Position numbers and translations under genes: made by a program. From Yuukianura sp. NJ FZ-2021 (taxonomy: Eukaryota), in NCBI GenBank assembly GCA_046563655.1, contig CM102288.1, positions 2,914,001 to 2,978,000 on the forward strand: DNA of 64,000 bases. The letters run 5' to 3'. Below are positions 48,380 to 61,152 of this stretch, piece by piece. The notes below the pieces were generated by a model. It had not been told where the DNA came from and did no database searches. It saw nothing but the letters and a program-made list of their open reading frames with translations. Position 1 is the first letter of the stretch. Every line of letters starts with the position of its first letter.

Positions 48380-51300
48380 ATGTCTTCAGTGAAAGTGGCT
48401 GTTAGGGTTCGCCCATTCAACTCTAGGGAAATCAACCATGACGCACAATGCATCATTGAGATGGAAGATAATTCTACTTGTAAGAGTTTTAAAAAACTGA
48501 CTTTTTCAGAATTTTTGATTTTTTTTCAAAATTTTAAAGTACATTTTGAATGTAGACATAACAAATCCAAAAGGAACTCCTGGTTCGAAAGAAAACACAA
48601 AAAGTTTCAACTTTGACTTTTCCTACTGGTCCCATGACGTAAGTGAAAGTTGGGCATGACGTAATTTTCTTAGTTGAATTTCACTACGTTTCTAATTACA
48701 ATTTTAGTTAATTAATCATGAACTTCAACTGATTTTTACACAATCAAATCTCCTTTGCCCACTCGTGTTTAAACTAACTGTAAGCGTCTCATGTATTTTA
48801 ACATTTTCCGGTTCAAAGTTTCAGCAAATGACGTCAAAGTCTGCAAAAATAAAATTTTCAGAGTTTATTTTTTCAGGGAAAGTAAAATTCTAGAAAAAAA
48901 ACATTTTTTTTTGGGAAACCTTTTCTTCTTTCTAGAAAATGAAAGTTAGAATGCTTTCTTCTAAAGAAAAATTAAACTTAACGTTATGCGTATTTTTTCG
49001 CGAAATGGAAACTGAGAGCGTCAAATGGGTCGAGAGGTGTTTTAACCAAGGTTCTGGTTCTAGATCAACATTTCCAAAATTTTAGATTGATTTTCGAATT
49101 GAATTGATTTTGGAAAATTTATTTTTAGTCAAACTCTCCGCACTTTGCGAGTCAAACTCAAGTTTACAGAGACATCGGAGAGGAAATGCTGGAACATGCC
49201 TTTGAAGGTAAACTTTCCCACGCGTTTCGAGGTCATTGACATTTCAAAACTTTCTCCATTCTTCTAAAATCTGTTATTCTTTACAACTCAAGGTTACAAC
49301 GTCTGTATTTTCGCATATGGCCAAACTGGTAATACACAGAAAACATTTTTAACTTTACCTTGCAAAAATTTTGAAATTCTTCTTTTAAAAAAAGAATTTT
49401 TCTTTTCGAAAATTTAGGTGCTGGAAAAAGTTACACGATGATGGGAAAAACGGAAGATGAAGGAATCATTCCTCAAATCTGTGAAGATCTGTTCAAACGA
49501 ATCTATGCTGACAAGGACCATGGACTCAACTTTTCTGTTGAGGTAACATTTGACCTCTTGACCTCATTTTGAAACTCTTGGCTTCTTGACCCTGGTTATG
49601 TTTCTAGGTCTCCTACATGGAAATTTACTGTGAACGAGTTCGTGACCTGTTGAACCCTCAGAGTAAAAATGCCAATCTCAAGGTTCGTGAGCACCCTCTG
49701 CTGGGCCCTTATGTTGAAGACTTGTCCAAGTTGGCAGTGACCAGCTACGAGGACATTCTGGAGTTGATGGACGAAGGAAACAAGGCTCGGACCGTAGCAG
49801 CCACCAACATGAACGAAACTTCGTCGCGATCTCATGCCGTCTTCACGATAATTTTTACTCAACAGAGACTCGACTCTCTAACGAATTTAGTTGCAGAGAA
49901 AGTTAGCAAAATCTCGCTAGTGGATTTGGCAGGGTCGGAGAGAGCAGATTCTACAGGGGCCAAGGGTGTGAGACTCAAGGAAGGAGCTAATATTAACAAA
50001 AGCTTGACCACTCTGGGCAAGGTCATCAGTGCTTTGGCAGAAGCTGTAAGTTCATTGACCTTTGCATGTTAACCTTTGACCTCTTGACATTGACATTTGA
50101 CCTGTTAATTTCAGTCGACGAAGAAAAAGAAGAAGGGAGACTTCATTCCGTACAGAGATTCGGTTCTGACGTGGCTTCTGCGTGAAAGTCTTGGCGGAAA
50201 TTCAAAAACGGCCATGATAGCCGCCATTTCTCCTGCGGACATCAATTATGAAGAAACGCTTTCAACTTTGAGGTTTCCGAAATTTTTAACTTCAAAATTT
50301 AAAATTCTTTGTTTCAGATTTTGAAAATTTTGAATTTTTGAACAGATATGCCGATAGAGCCAAACAGATCGTCTGCAAGGCTGTGGTGAATGAAGACGCG
50401 AATGCCAAATTGATTCGAGAACTCAAAGAGGAAATCATGCGGCTCAAAGAGCTTCTCAAACACGAAGGAATCGACAATTTTGAAAACGAAAACCGCGGCG
50501 GTTCAGGGGGCAGTCTCGTAGCCGGTTCCGAACCGCGCTCAAATTCAACTTCCAGTATTGCCGAAGAAGCTGTTGATCAACTACAGGCTAACGAGAAGCT
50601 CATTGCCGGTATGGAAAAAACTGCCCAATCAGCTTTTTTACCGACCATAACCGCAAATCATTTGACGACCATAACCGTACATGATTTTTTTTTGTTTTGT
50701 ATAGAGCTTAATGAAACTTGGGAAGACAAGTTGAAGCGAACCGAGCAGATTCGAATGCAGCGGGAGGCGGTATTTGCAGAAATGGGTGTTGCGGTTAAAG
50801 AAGATGGCGGCACAGTAGGCGTTTTCAGTCCAAAACAAACTCCGCATTTGATTAACCTCAATGAAGATCCACTTATGGCCGAATGCCTTTTGTATTACAC
50901 CAAAGAGGGAGTGACGCGCGTCGGAAATGGAGAAGGTGCTGCCACCGCTCAGGTATCGCACGTCATAAAAATAATGTCCACCAAAATTCTTCCAAGAATT
51001 TCACAAAAATTCAAGATTTTTTCAACTTTCTAGGATATTATTCTCTACGGACCATCGATTCTGCCGGAACACTGCACTTTCGAAAATTGCAACGGTGTCG
51101 TTACACTTACGCCATTCAGCGACGACGCAGTGGTCTACGTCAATGGTCGTCTCATCAAAGAACCTACGCAGCTCCAAACCGGTTTTCGTGTCATTTTGGC
51201 CAAATCTCATGTCTTTCGCTTCACCAATCCCAGTCAACCGCCACAAAAAGTGACGACGACTGCTTCAAGTACTGCGTCGACCACAAGTAGCTCTGACGAG

Positions 51301-54300
51301 GAAGTGGTCAATTCCGATTGGAATTTTGCCCAAATTGAATTACTGGAGAAACAAGGTGTAGATTTAAAACAGGAAATGGAGAAGAGGCTTGTGATTTTGG
51401 AGGAGCAGTACAAAAAAGAAAAATTAGAAGCTGATGTGCTGTTTGAACAACAACGCAAAGTAAGCCTAACCCCGATAACCGAAAAACTTTTTAAAAAAGC
51501 ATTCTATACGTATTGCAAGCAATTTCAAAAATCCCGTAAATTTCAATTCGAAACCGAAATAATTTTTTCCAAACTTTAGTCAAGGTGTAGGATTTGGTAG
51601 AGTTAGGTATTGGCAGGCAATGTGCCGCTTATATGCTTGTTGGTCCAATGACATTTTGAATTTAAACTCCCACATTTGACCTTGGACCTTTCTGCTTTCA
51701 TCTTTGACTTTTTGACCTTTGCAGAACTATGAAGCGAAAATTGAAGCCCTTCAGAAAACAGTAGAAGAACAATCCATGAACTTGTCTATGTACTCATCAA
51801 TGGCCAGTGAAGACTTTCTTGCTGCTGCTCAGGCTCAGCAAGCTCATGCCTCCATGGCCGCGTCCGCCTTGACCTTGACCCACTCCGGAATTGAATTTGG
51901 CGGTCCAGACATGTTTGGTAAGCTTCTGACTTTTGAACTTTGACATTTGAGCTCCTTACCTCGATGCTGATCAAGATTCAGTTGATTCCAGAATCTCATT
52001 GTTCAGATGTCGCTGAAAACTGGAGCGACAGAGTCTATGGCCTGGTGCTGCAAGCTTTCAAAAAATGGCGCTTCCATCGCTTCACGTCCCTACGAGACGA
52101 TCTCTGGGGCAATGCAATATTTCTCAAAGAAGCAAATGCAATTTCAGTCGAGCTCAAGAAAAAAGTAATAGGTTTTCGAAATTTTGAAAATGAGAGTCCA
52201 AAAAAACTGAAATTTTCTCTACAAACTTTTCAGGTTCAGTTTCAGTTTACACTCCTCAGTGACACTTTGTACTCCCCGCTTCCTACGGAATTCGGTGCAA
52301 TTATGATGGAAGACGAAGGTTGTAAGACTATAGTTGGAGTTGAAGTGCAAGATACAAAAAACGGAGCTACACATTATTGGACCCTGGAAAAATTACGGTA
52401 ATTTTGAAATTTTGAAAAAGTTCCAGGATTTCCAGCAAGTTGCGCTGCTGGAATATCGTTGTTCAGTTCGCTGCGTTCTGCTTTGTAAACTACCTCTTCC
52501 TCCAGTCTCATTCGCTCTCTGCTCTTCTTCTTCTGTTTTCTCACCTATTCTGTTCTAAAAATTTACAAAATCTAGAAAACGAAAACTAAAAAACTAACGT
52601 TTCAATTTAATGCTAAATGTAGTCCCCAGTGTGCACTTACAAAACTGTCAACTGTTAACCTTTTTGCTGCTGCTAACTTTTAGAAAGCTAAGGGCACTTA
52701 CATAACATTTGGTAAACATCAAAATTGTCAACAACAATATCGTCAAAAAATTTAATTTTTTACGAAAAACTCTGTGCTTTTTTTAGAAAAAACTTTGCAA
52801 AACCCGTTATGTAACTTGGTACTGTTTCTGCAAACTTGGTTTATGGTGAAAAGTAGAATTTCAAAATTAAATAAATTTCGAAACGGCTTGATTTCGACGC
52901 AAAATTTCTTTCGTGTGTCAAATCATGCTGATGAATTTGTTGTTGACATATTTACACTGTTTACCAAATTGGTTTTGACATCTCGGTTGATAGAAAGGAA
53001 ACCTTAAAAAAATTTACTTTAGTTTTTACTTCCATTTTGTCTGTAGACATCGAGTGGAGTTGATGCGTGAGCGGATGAGCAGTGAGGAATTCTGGGGTAT
53101 TTTTGATGGTGAGGACCACGAATTGGCGGATAGGTTAGTTGACCTTGACCTTGACCTCTTCAAAAGGTCAATGACCTTGACCTTTTGACATACAACTTTG
53201 ACTGTTGATCTTTCTGCTCTTCTACAGGCACAGGCTGGAACAAATGCGAGAGATGTACAGCAATGAAGACTCCGTTCCGTCTCCCGAATCGTCGTCGCCC
53301 AACGGCGACCCATTTTATGACCGGTAAGTCCGGCAAACCGGTATTCTCAATTTTAGTACCGGTTTGACCCTTGACCTTGATTTTTGCGTAGGTTCCCCTG
53401 GTTTCGACTTATAGGACGTGCCTATGTGTACCTCAGCAACCTATTTTATCCGGTTCCACTTCAACACCGCGTTCCAATTGTAAATGACCACGGAGATGTC
53501 AAGGGGTACTTGCAAGTCTCGGTAGAGGCTCTAACAGTTGAAGAGGCCGCTGAAAGCCAAAATACTGGCAAGGTGCCTGGAAGGGTCAATTTCAGCGATG
53601 CGATTGACTTGGTCCGAAGTATTCCGAACGTTGACGAAAACTGTATCGTTGAAGATGCTGCCGGACTTCTACCACCACATCTACAACTGACTAAAGAATT
53701 TACTTTTAAAGTGACCGTCGGAAGGTGTTTCGGAGTCGAATCGGACTATGCCGATGTCTTTTGTCAGTTTCGCTTTTTACATCAAAACGACGAAACATTT
53801 TCGACCGAACCGATCAAAAATATCGTTGGAGATACTTTGGCGTTTTCTTTTGTTCAGACGGTAAGCACAGAAAAATGATTTTCCGACGACACAAAACTAG
53901 CGGCAGTGTTTTGTCGGTAAAACCGGAAGTTCATGAAACGTTTTTTTTTTCGGTTTTTACAGATAGCTACATCCGTATCGAAGAGTTTCATTGACTACAT
54001 CAAATCGGAACCAATCATGCTCGAAGTATTTGGTCACTACCAACAGCACCCTCTGCACAAAGACGCAAAACAAGAAACTTCCACTGGACTTTCATCCAGA
54101 CATGCACCGCCGCGGAGACTTCAAATTCCCCCGGGCATTCCCATTTCAGCTCCAGTTCGCTCGTCTCGCTTTGCCCCACTTCCGCTCTTAATTTCTCCAT
54201 CAACTTCCCATGTCGCCAAGAAAATTGAGCTACTTGTTTGGTTTGAAATTTGTGAACTGGCGCCCTCTGGGGAATACGTTCCTTGCACTGTTACTCATGG

Positions 54301-56441
54301 AGATCATCTGCCATGTCGTGGAGTTTTTGTACTGCACCAAGGACTTCAACGCAGAATCAGAATTACTATTGTACATGACTCAGATGAAGAGGTTCGGTGG
54401 AAGGATGTTCGGGAAGTACTCGTCGGAAGGATTCGGACAACTCCGGAATCGGATGACGAAGATGAAAATGTGCTGTCGTTGGGCTTGTTTCCTGGAGAAT
54501 ACTTGGAGTGTCTCGGAGAAGACAAAAGTTTGTTCCGATTTGAAGCTGCGTGGGACTCCAGTTTGCATAATTCACAGCTTCTGAACCGTGTAACCCCGTC
54601 GGCTGAAAACGTTTACCTCACAGTTTCCGCATATGTTGATGTAAGTTAAAAAAAATGGACATTTTGAAACATTTTCTTTGAAATTTTGAACTTTTCTGAA
54701 ATTTCAGTTGGAGAACTGTGGAATGCCGGCAATAGTTACAAAGGACTTGAGTATTTTGATTTACGGAAGATCTGGACCTAGAAGTTTAAAACAATTTTTT
54801 ACGTCTCAGTATTACAAGAATCCTGACGCTAATAGACTCACTGGACTGTATGAACTTGTTCTAAAAAGAGCAAGTGACCTGGGTAGGATTTTTTTTTGAA
54901 AATGTTCAAAATTCTGAACCGTGAATTTTGAAATTTTGTCATATTTCAGGAATTCAGCGCAGGATTCGACGAGTTTTGGACACTTCGAATGCCTATGTCC
55001 GTGGAGAGGAGAATCTGTCAGGGTGGCGCCCTCTGGGTGACTCGCTGCTTTTTGACCACCAATGGGAGCTCGAGAAAATTAGTCGTTTAGAACAAGTGGG
55101 AAAAGTGAGACACGCTCTGCTTCTGCGTGAAGCGCTGGCAGCGACAGCATCGCATGGATTCCCAGCATCACCGAAACCTATTGGTTGGAGCAGCAAGGAA
55201 GAGAAGGTTTTGAAAATCTTCAAAAAAAATGGAATTCATAATAATTCAACAACTTTTTTTCATTTTGTTCTAAATTTTTTTTAGGAATTTGTTAATTTGG
55301 CAGCAAAAGAAGGTCGTGTGATTAAGCGTGACGGCTCACTTTCGAACGGAACTGAAGAACTGAGCGCCCGGGAGAAAGAACTGCTCATGAAATTTGCTAG
55401 GTTGATGCAAGGAAAAAACGTTGGCAAAAATGTAAGTTTTTATAAAAGCACAAAACTGATTTTCGAAAAGGAAATTATTTTTCAAAATTTTGAATTCTAG
55501 GAACCCGATTTGCTGCAGAATCTCAATGAAGAACCGACGCGTTCCATGACACCCTCACCGAGTACAGAGTAAGCACTTTTTGAAATTGCTTTTAACAGTT
55601 TCTGCCACTACTTAAACCAAATGCTTGTGCTCTGCGCATGCCTACTCCACTGACTTTGTTTCAATCCTCCTATTCCTAGTTTTAGTCACCAATTGGAACG
55701 TCCGCGCAGCTTGTTGCTTAGCAACAGTTTGGTGCCCACTTTACCTTCGCCTGGTTGCAGTGGGACCAAGACGCCTTCGCCCTCCAAGGACTTCTTCCTC
55801 TACATTCCAGAAATTGAGGAAATCAGAATCTCACCAATCATCAGTCGACGCGGATACTTGCACGTCTGTGATGATCGCAGAGGCGTTTGGCGCAAGAGAT
55901 GGATCGTAAGACTTCCAAAAATCAAAAACTTTCAAAAAAGTTTCAAAATTTTGATTTTGGTGACCTTGACCTAGGTCGTCCGGCGCCCTCATATATTTTC
56001 ATTCCGAGACGAAAAGGACCCTGTTGAAAGGAACGTCATTAACCTTGCCAATTCTCAGGTCATCTATGACCCCGATGCTGAAGGACCCCTGGCCAATACT
56101 TTTACGTAAGCAGTTGACCTTTGACCTTTGATTTTTGAATGACCTTGACCTTTGATCTCTTGTTTACTTAGGGTTGTGACCCGTGACACGAAAAGACGCT
56201 ATATTCTCCAGCCTCCACTTGACAAAGACGTCCAAGACTGGCTATATGCAATTAACCCTCTACTGGCAGGACAAATTAAGTGAGCCAATTGTGCTTTTAA
56301 AATTTTTGAAAAAAAACACAGTCATTAAATTTTTGTTATTTTGAAAATTGTTAAATTTTCTTTAGATCCAGAATGGCTCTTATCCAGAAGCAAGCAGCAG
56401 CAAACGCAGCAGAACCAGTCCAACCTGCTTTAGAATCTTAA
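48380..56441 (+). CDS. unc-104: Kinesin-3 motor unc-104/KIF1A
   Basis: [61 protein letters not shown] region ([12 protein letters not shown]), [39 protein letters not shown], and a C-terminal PH domain ending [13 protein letters not shown]. Confidence 0.97.
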
Positions 56442-57963
56442 AACTTGTTTTTAAAAAACTTTTAAAAAAATGCGCTTTTTGATTCTGTTCGCCTGATCTT
56501 ACGTACCTTTGCAAAAAGAGTAAAACGCAAGTCATATCAACTTTACTTGACCTTGTTTACTCACTCGCATTTTTTTTTCCATCAAAGGTCACTCCAAACC
56601 TGTTCAACCATCAAATTTTAAAAACCTACCCGAAATTACACAATTGGCACTCAATTAATTACTTTTAATTGCTCCACTTAAGAGTAATGTCCCAAACACA
56701 ACCGAATTGCAACTCAATTTCGTGCCTCAGTCCGTTTCTGAAATTGCTCCAACTAGGTCAAACTGACTGACCAAGCCCAAAATGGCAGGAGAAACTCCAT
56801 TTTTCGAAATATTTGGAATAGGAGAAGAACAGCAAGCCGAATTTTGTCAATTTTCCGATTTGCCGATTTTCAATCCTTCAAATTCAAATGCTAAATGATC
56901 ATTTTGAGGGAAAGTTCAATTTGATTTTTAGCTCAAGTAATTCACTCAAACCGTAGAATTTTACGCTACTTCCATTTCTTCCCGAATCAATAATAATTAT
57001 TGTTGTTTTTGCTTTGTATCAAATGAGTAACGATATTGAACATGCGGTTTAGGTGTAACTTTTCCTTTTTAATTCCTATTGTTTAAGTTTTCGTGTTGAT
57101 TAACTGTACTTGTTGTACTGCGTCTGTCTCAGTCGAAAAACAAGCATCAAATTAGCCCGTATTGTTGAGCCCAACAGTCACTGCCAACCTAAGATAGGCA
57201 TTCAATAGACACTTCCATTAGCATTTTGTTCAAAAGTGAAAGTAAGGCGTGCAAATTTTTGAAAGGAAACGCCAGTGGGAAAATTCTTCATTCTTCATTT
57301 CTCCATTTTTAATTTTCAAAGTTTCTGGGAATTTTTACGAATCAGATTTGTGAAAAAGCTGAAAGATTTGAATTCATTGTGGAATTTTTTAAGTAGATTT
57401 ATTATGGAGACAAAAGCAGAAGAGTATTGAAATCGTGTTTGAATTTGGGATTTTGAAGTGGATTGACAAGAATTTAAAAGAGAATTGAAGAATTGGAGTT
57501 TAAGGTGGATCGAATGAAGTGAAACTTGAATTGAATTGTTTATATTCTCGTTTTTATAATGAAGGAAGAAGAAAGTGGGTAAAGGGCACAAGTGACCAGC
57601 TAAACACTAAACAAACGAGACCAAATCAACCAAACCCCATCTCAAACTTAAACTTTCATTTTGCAAATCAAACACTTATTAACTCAGATTACTACTAATG
57701 TTAATTTGTTTAAGCTAAAAATACTTTTGATTGAATTCTTAAGATTTTCAAAAAAGGTCAAACGTAAAGTGAAAGTACGCAGATTTGAATTGAAAAGGAA
57801 GGAATTTTTGTTTATTGAGACTGAAAATTTAGAACAATATAAATTTGAGTTACTTGATTTGTACTTTTGTAGTTTGCGTATAAGTTTTGTGCTTAATGTT
57901 TGTAAGCTATTTTGTTTGTTGAGGTAATACTGTTGAAGTGTTGACTGTTGAGGAAGTGCTGGT

Positions 57964-58928
57964 TCAGCATTTCTTGGTGCCCCCTTTCTTCGTAGTAGAC
58001 TTCTTCTTGTCAGGTTTGGTTGCCGGGCAATTGGGCTTCGACTTCTTGATTTTCTTGACTGAAAACAATTAAAACAAATTAACTTTTAAAAAATGACCAA
58101 TCAAACTCGAAATATTTGGAGGATTTTGAATTTCGAAAATTTTACCTTTCTTGACCGGGGAACAAGATGCAGAGGATGCGCGACTTGTCTTCCCTCCAGA
58201 GGCACTACGAGTGCGGCTTCCAGGACCTGAAATCACCAAAAGGTCAAAGGTCAACTTTCTGAAATTTTCTAAAATCGTTGAATTTGATGAAAAGAATTAT
58301 CCAAGTCCTTAACTAACTGTTACTTACGGCCTCGTTTAGTTCCACGGGTGGATGGACGACGAGGCTTACAACTGATGGGTTTGCGTGTGGGTCGTCGCGG
58401 TGAACCACAACGAGTACGCGCCGGGCGGGAGCGGGAAGTAGAAGTGCTCGGTTTCGGTTTCCGAACTCGTCCGGTTCCACATTTCTTGACAGGCTTCCTA
58501 AAAGGTTAAGCGTATTAGATTAATCAACAACTAACTAAAACTTCAAAAGGTCAAAGGTCAACGAACTCACTTCTTGCATCCTAGTCCTTTGGGTGCACGC
58601 CCAAGGACCTCGCCAACACTGCTTCCGGCTCGAGAAGTTACCCTGGAAGAAACAGGTCAATAATCGTTCAATTTCATTCCAAAGCGGAATACTAAGAACA
58701 TTGAACTTACAGTGGTCGTTCTTCAAGGTCATCGTCCTCTTCGTTTTCAAAACCGCTGTCATCGACGGCTTCGTTTGACGTATGAAAGTTGTTGACCTCA
58801 CTGTCTGCTTGAGACTCCTGACCTTCTCGATCGGCTACACGGAACGAATGCATCGATTACCATGATTGACAAGAACTTGAAGCAAGTTGAAAATTCTGGA
58901 CAAACTGAGGTCAGTTCTTACCTTCCAT
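57964..58928 (-). CDS. Small protein with acidic N-terminus and Arg/Lys/Ser/Cys-rich basic body (protamine-like/sperm nuclear basic protein candidate); exons 58928-58922, 58834-58711, 58642-58571, 58497-58328, 58226-58146, 58058-57964
   Basis: Six phase-consistent GT-AG exons total 549 nt (182 aa): MEADREGQESQADSEV...ENEEDDDLEERPL-VTSRAG...CKKKPVKKCGTGRVRKPKPSTSTSRSRPARTRCGSPRRPTRKPISCKPRRPSTRGTKRGR...KKGGTKKC*. Confidence 0.7.
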
Positions 58929-59020
58929 GGCTTTCGCTTAACTTGACTGTTGAAAGGTCACTGACCTTTGAAAATTAAGAAGAGAAATGGAGGTGAACTT
59001 GTCACTGTGAAAGCAAAACT

Positions 59021-59060
59021 GGAACTGAGCTGAAAACCGACTCTGCACTCCCTTTTATAG
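59021..59060 (-). promoter_or_regulatory. TATA box plus initiator of the basic-protein gene
   Basis: CTATAAAAGG (59060-59051) lies ~30 nt upstream of an arthropod-type Inr TCAGTT (59028-59023). Confidence 0.65.
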
Positions 59061-60414
59061 ACAACCGAAAGGAGTAGAATTTGGAAAAAAAAATTACTCC
59101 CAGAGGTCATTGACCTTTTCGCAAAAATTTTCGCGCATGCGTGTCAACAGAATTACACATGCGCACGTAGGGTTACCATGGGATTCAAATTCTACGTTTT
59201 CTGGAGAATGAATTTTCCTAATCGTGACTTTTGAAAAACCGGATTTTTTTGACATTTTTGAACTTTTGAATTTGATTAAAAATTTGAAGCATGCAATAAA
59301 AAAAAAAGTTCGCAAAAAAAAGTTTTCAAAATTCGCAAAGAATTAAAAAAGATTTGGTAATTTTTTCGTCGTATTTTTCCTCATCTCTAATGCAAATTGC
59401 GTAACATAAAAAAGCTTCTCTCAGTGTTTCCTTCTTTGCAAACAAAAGAAAAACGGATTGGTGTCATTTTTGGCATTTTGTTGGCCTGAAATCTTCTAAA
59501 TGCATAACAAAATTTCTTATTCTTTACTCAATTGTTTCATAATGTGGTCGTTAATTAGTCATTAACTAAACTTAAATTCTTAATTGACCAAACTCAACTC
59601 CCACTTTATTCTAATTCCTTTATGAAATTCCGATTTTTTTATGAAAACAAAATCTTGTTTGATATCTCTCTTCCTACTAAAGAGTGTTTTGCCCCAAGGG
59701 CCCCCTGGTGCAGATATGGTCCTTTGGAATTCCTGTTGTTGGCCCTTGAGTGTTAAGATTTAGGAGGCCTACAAAGATATGGAAGTGGAAAGATGAATGT
59801 AGAATTCCTACATTCATTGGCTACATTGTTGTAAAATGAAGATTGTTGTTCAGAAGAGGCCTTCAGTCGTCTCGAAGGGAGCAGAGGAGGAAGATGTAAC
59901 AAGGTAAGAAGACTCTTCTTCATCTTCCAAATTATTGAGATCACGTTAACAAAGTTAGACTAAACAAAAGTTAGGTTTGAAAAACCTATGGTTAGGGAGT
60001 ACCTCGAGGCCAAAAGTTAGGCGGAGGCTTGTGGGGCCAACTTAAAGTCTGAAAGTGGTCTTCTGGGTCAGCCTTTCAGTTGGCCAAACCCTGTTTTCCT
60101 CTCTTCCTAGAAAAAAATAACAATTGAAACAATTAATTGCTTTTTTGTTTTTGATAGAGATGAAGAGAAATCAAAGGACACTTACGGGAATTGCTTGATT
60201 TTGGGCCCATTTCCATTCTCCACCACGTAATTTTCTGGGCCCAAGCAATTTCATTGGTTGTTTGTTATGAATTAATGTAAACATTAACTGCAATCCCTGA
60301 GCAACGTTTTCAAAAAAAAATTAAAAAAAAAAAGAATGAAAACAAAGTGACGCGATCCAGAAAAAAAAAAACAAAACAACACCAACAAACTTCAGTCTTC
60401 AATCAGGCCTGATT

Positions 60415-60505
60415 CACCTGGCCTAGTGGTGCAAATCACTAGAACTGAGCCCCCCCTGACTTGTCAGGGTATTTTCGCCCTGGGTTCAATTCCTGGGGGG
60501 GCTCG
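60415..60505 (+). other. tRNA-like / Pol III-promoter-like structured sequence (SINE head or tRNA pseudogene)
   Basis: A-box-like TGGCCTAGTGG (60419-60429), B-box GGTTCAATTCC (60483-60493), stems GAGCCCCCC/GGGGGGCTC and CCCTGAC-TT-GTCAGGG. No canonical cloverleaf. Confidence 0.45.
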
Positions 60506-61152
60506 ACTGCAGATTGGGATTTGGGTGATTTTTTTTTTTGCTTTTATGAATTACAAAAATGTTTTATTAAAATCTATAAGGAAAAAGGGTAATTAATTTA
60601 ATTAGAAAAGGTTGTATTAAAAATTGGAGATTTTTTATCCGATATTACGATGGCAAATACGTCGGCAGATTTTTTCGCGCTCCGCTCAACTAAAAATCAA
60701 AAGGAATAGGACTAATTTTGGAATTTTCCACGTCGCGAGACCCGAATTTTAACGATTTTCGATATTTTTGTGTACAAACAAATCACAGATGAAATAGAGA
60801 ATTGGATACCTACGATTATTGCCGTTTTTTATGTTTGTTATTAATAATTTTTGTACATTATATTTAATATTTTAATGTTACGTTCGTTATATGCTAAAAT
60901 CATTTAATTTATGAATTGAAATATCGAATTATTTATTCATTTATTGAAATTATTGAAATGAATGTTTAACGATTTTGTATTTAGAAGTTTTCTGAAACTA
61001 TGTCTTAAGTTAGTCAACTTTAAAATTGATTACGTATGTTCAACTTTATTATGCTTTTTTGGTTTACTGGTTTATTTTTTAAATATAATTGTGTTTTGAA
61101 TTCTATTTGAAGTATTTTTGTGAAAACAAGGACCGTTGTGGGACAAAATATG

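Noticed and set aside
50609..50705. ORFs reading through short introns (unc-104 here; Wnt4 35771-35857)
   Set aside because: Canonical GT-AG introns whose removal restores the conserved protein; stop-free short introns occur by chance.
59680..60216. Possible small spliced gene on the - strand (MEMGPKSSNS..., splice-like sites at 60185, 60107, 60002)
   Set aside because: The putative second exon has stops in all three frames, so no coherent protein can be built. It may be a non-coding or decayed gene.
60560..61150. Terminal inverted repeat of the OTU-transposase element
   Set aside because: The other end lies outside the window, so no TIR or TSD can be supported.
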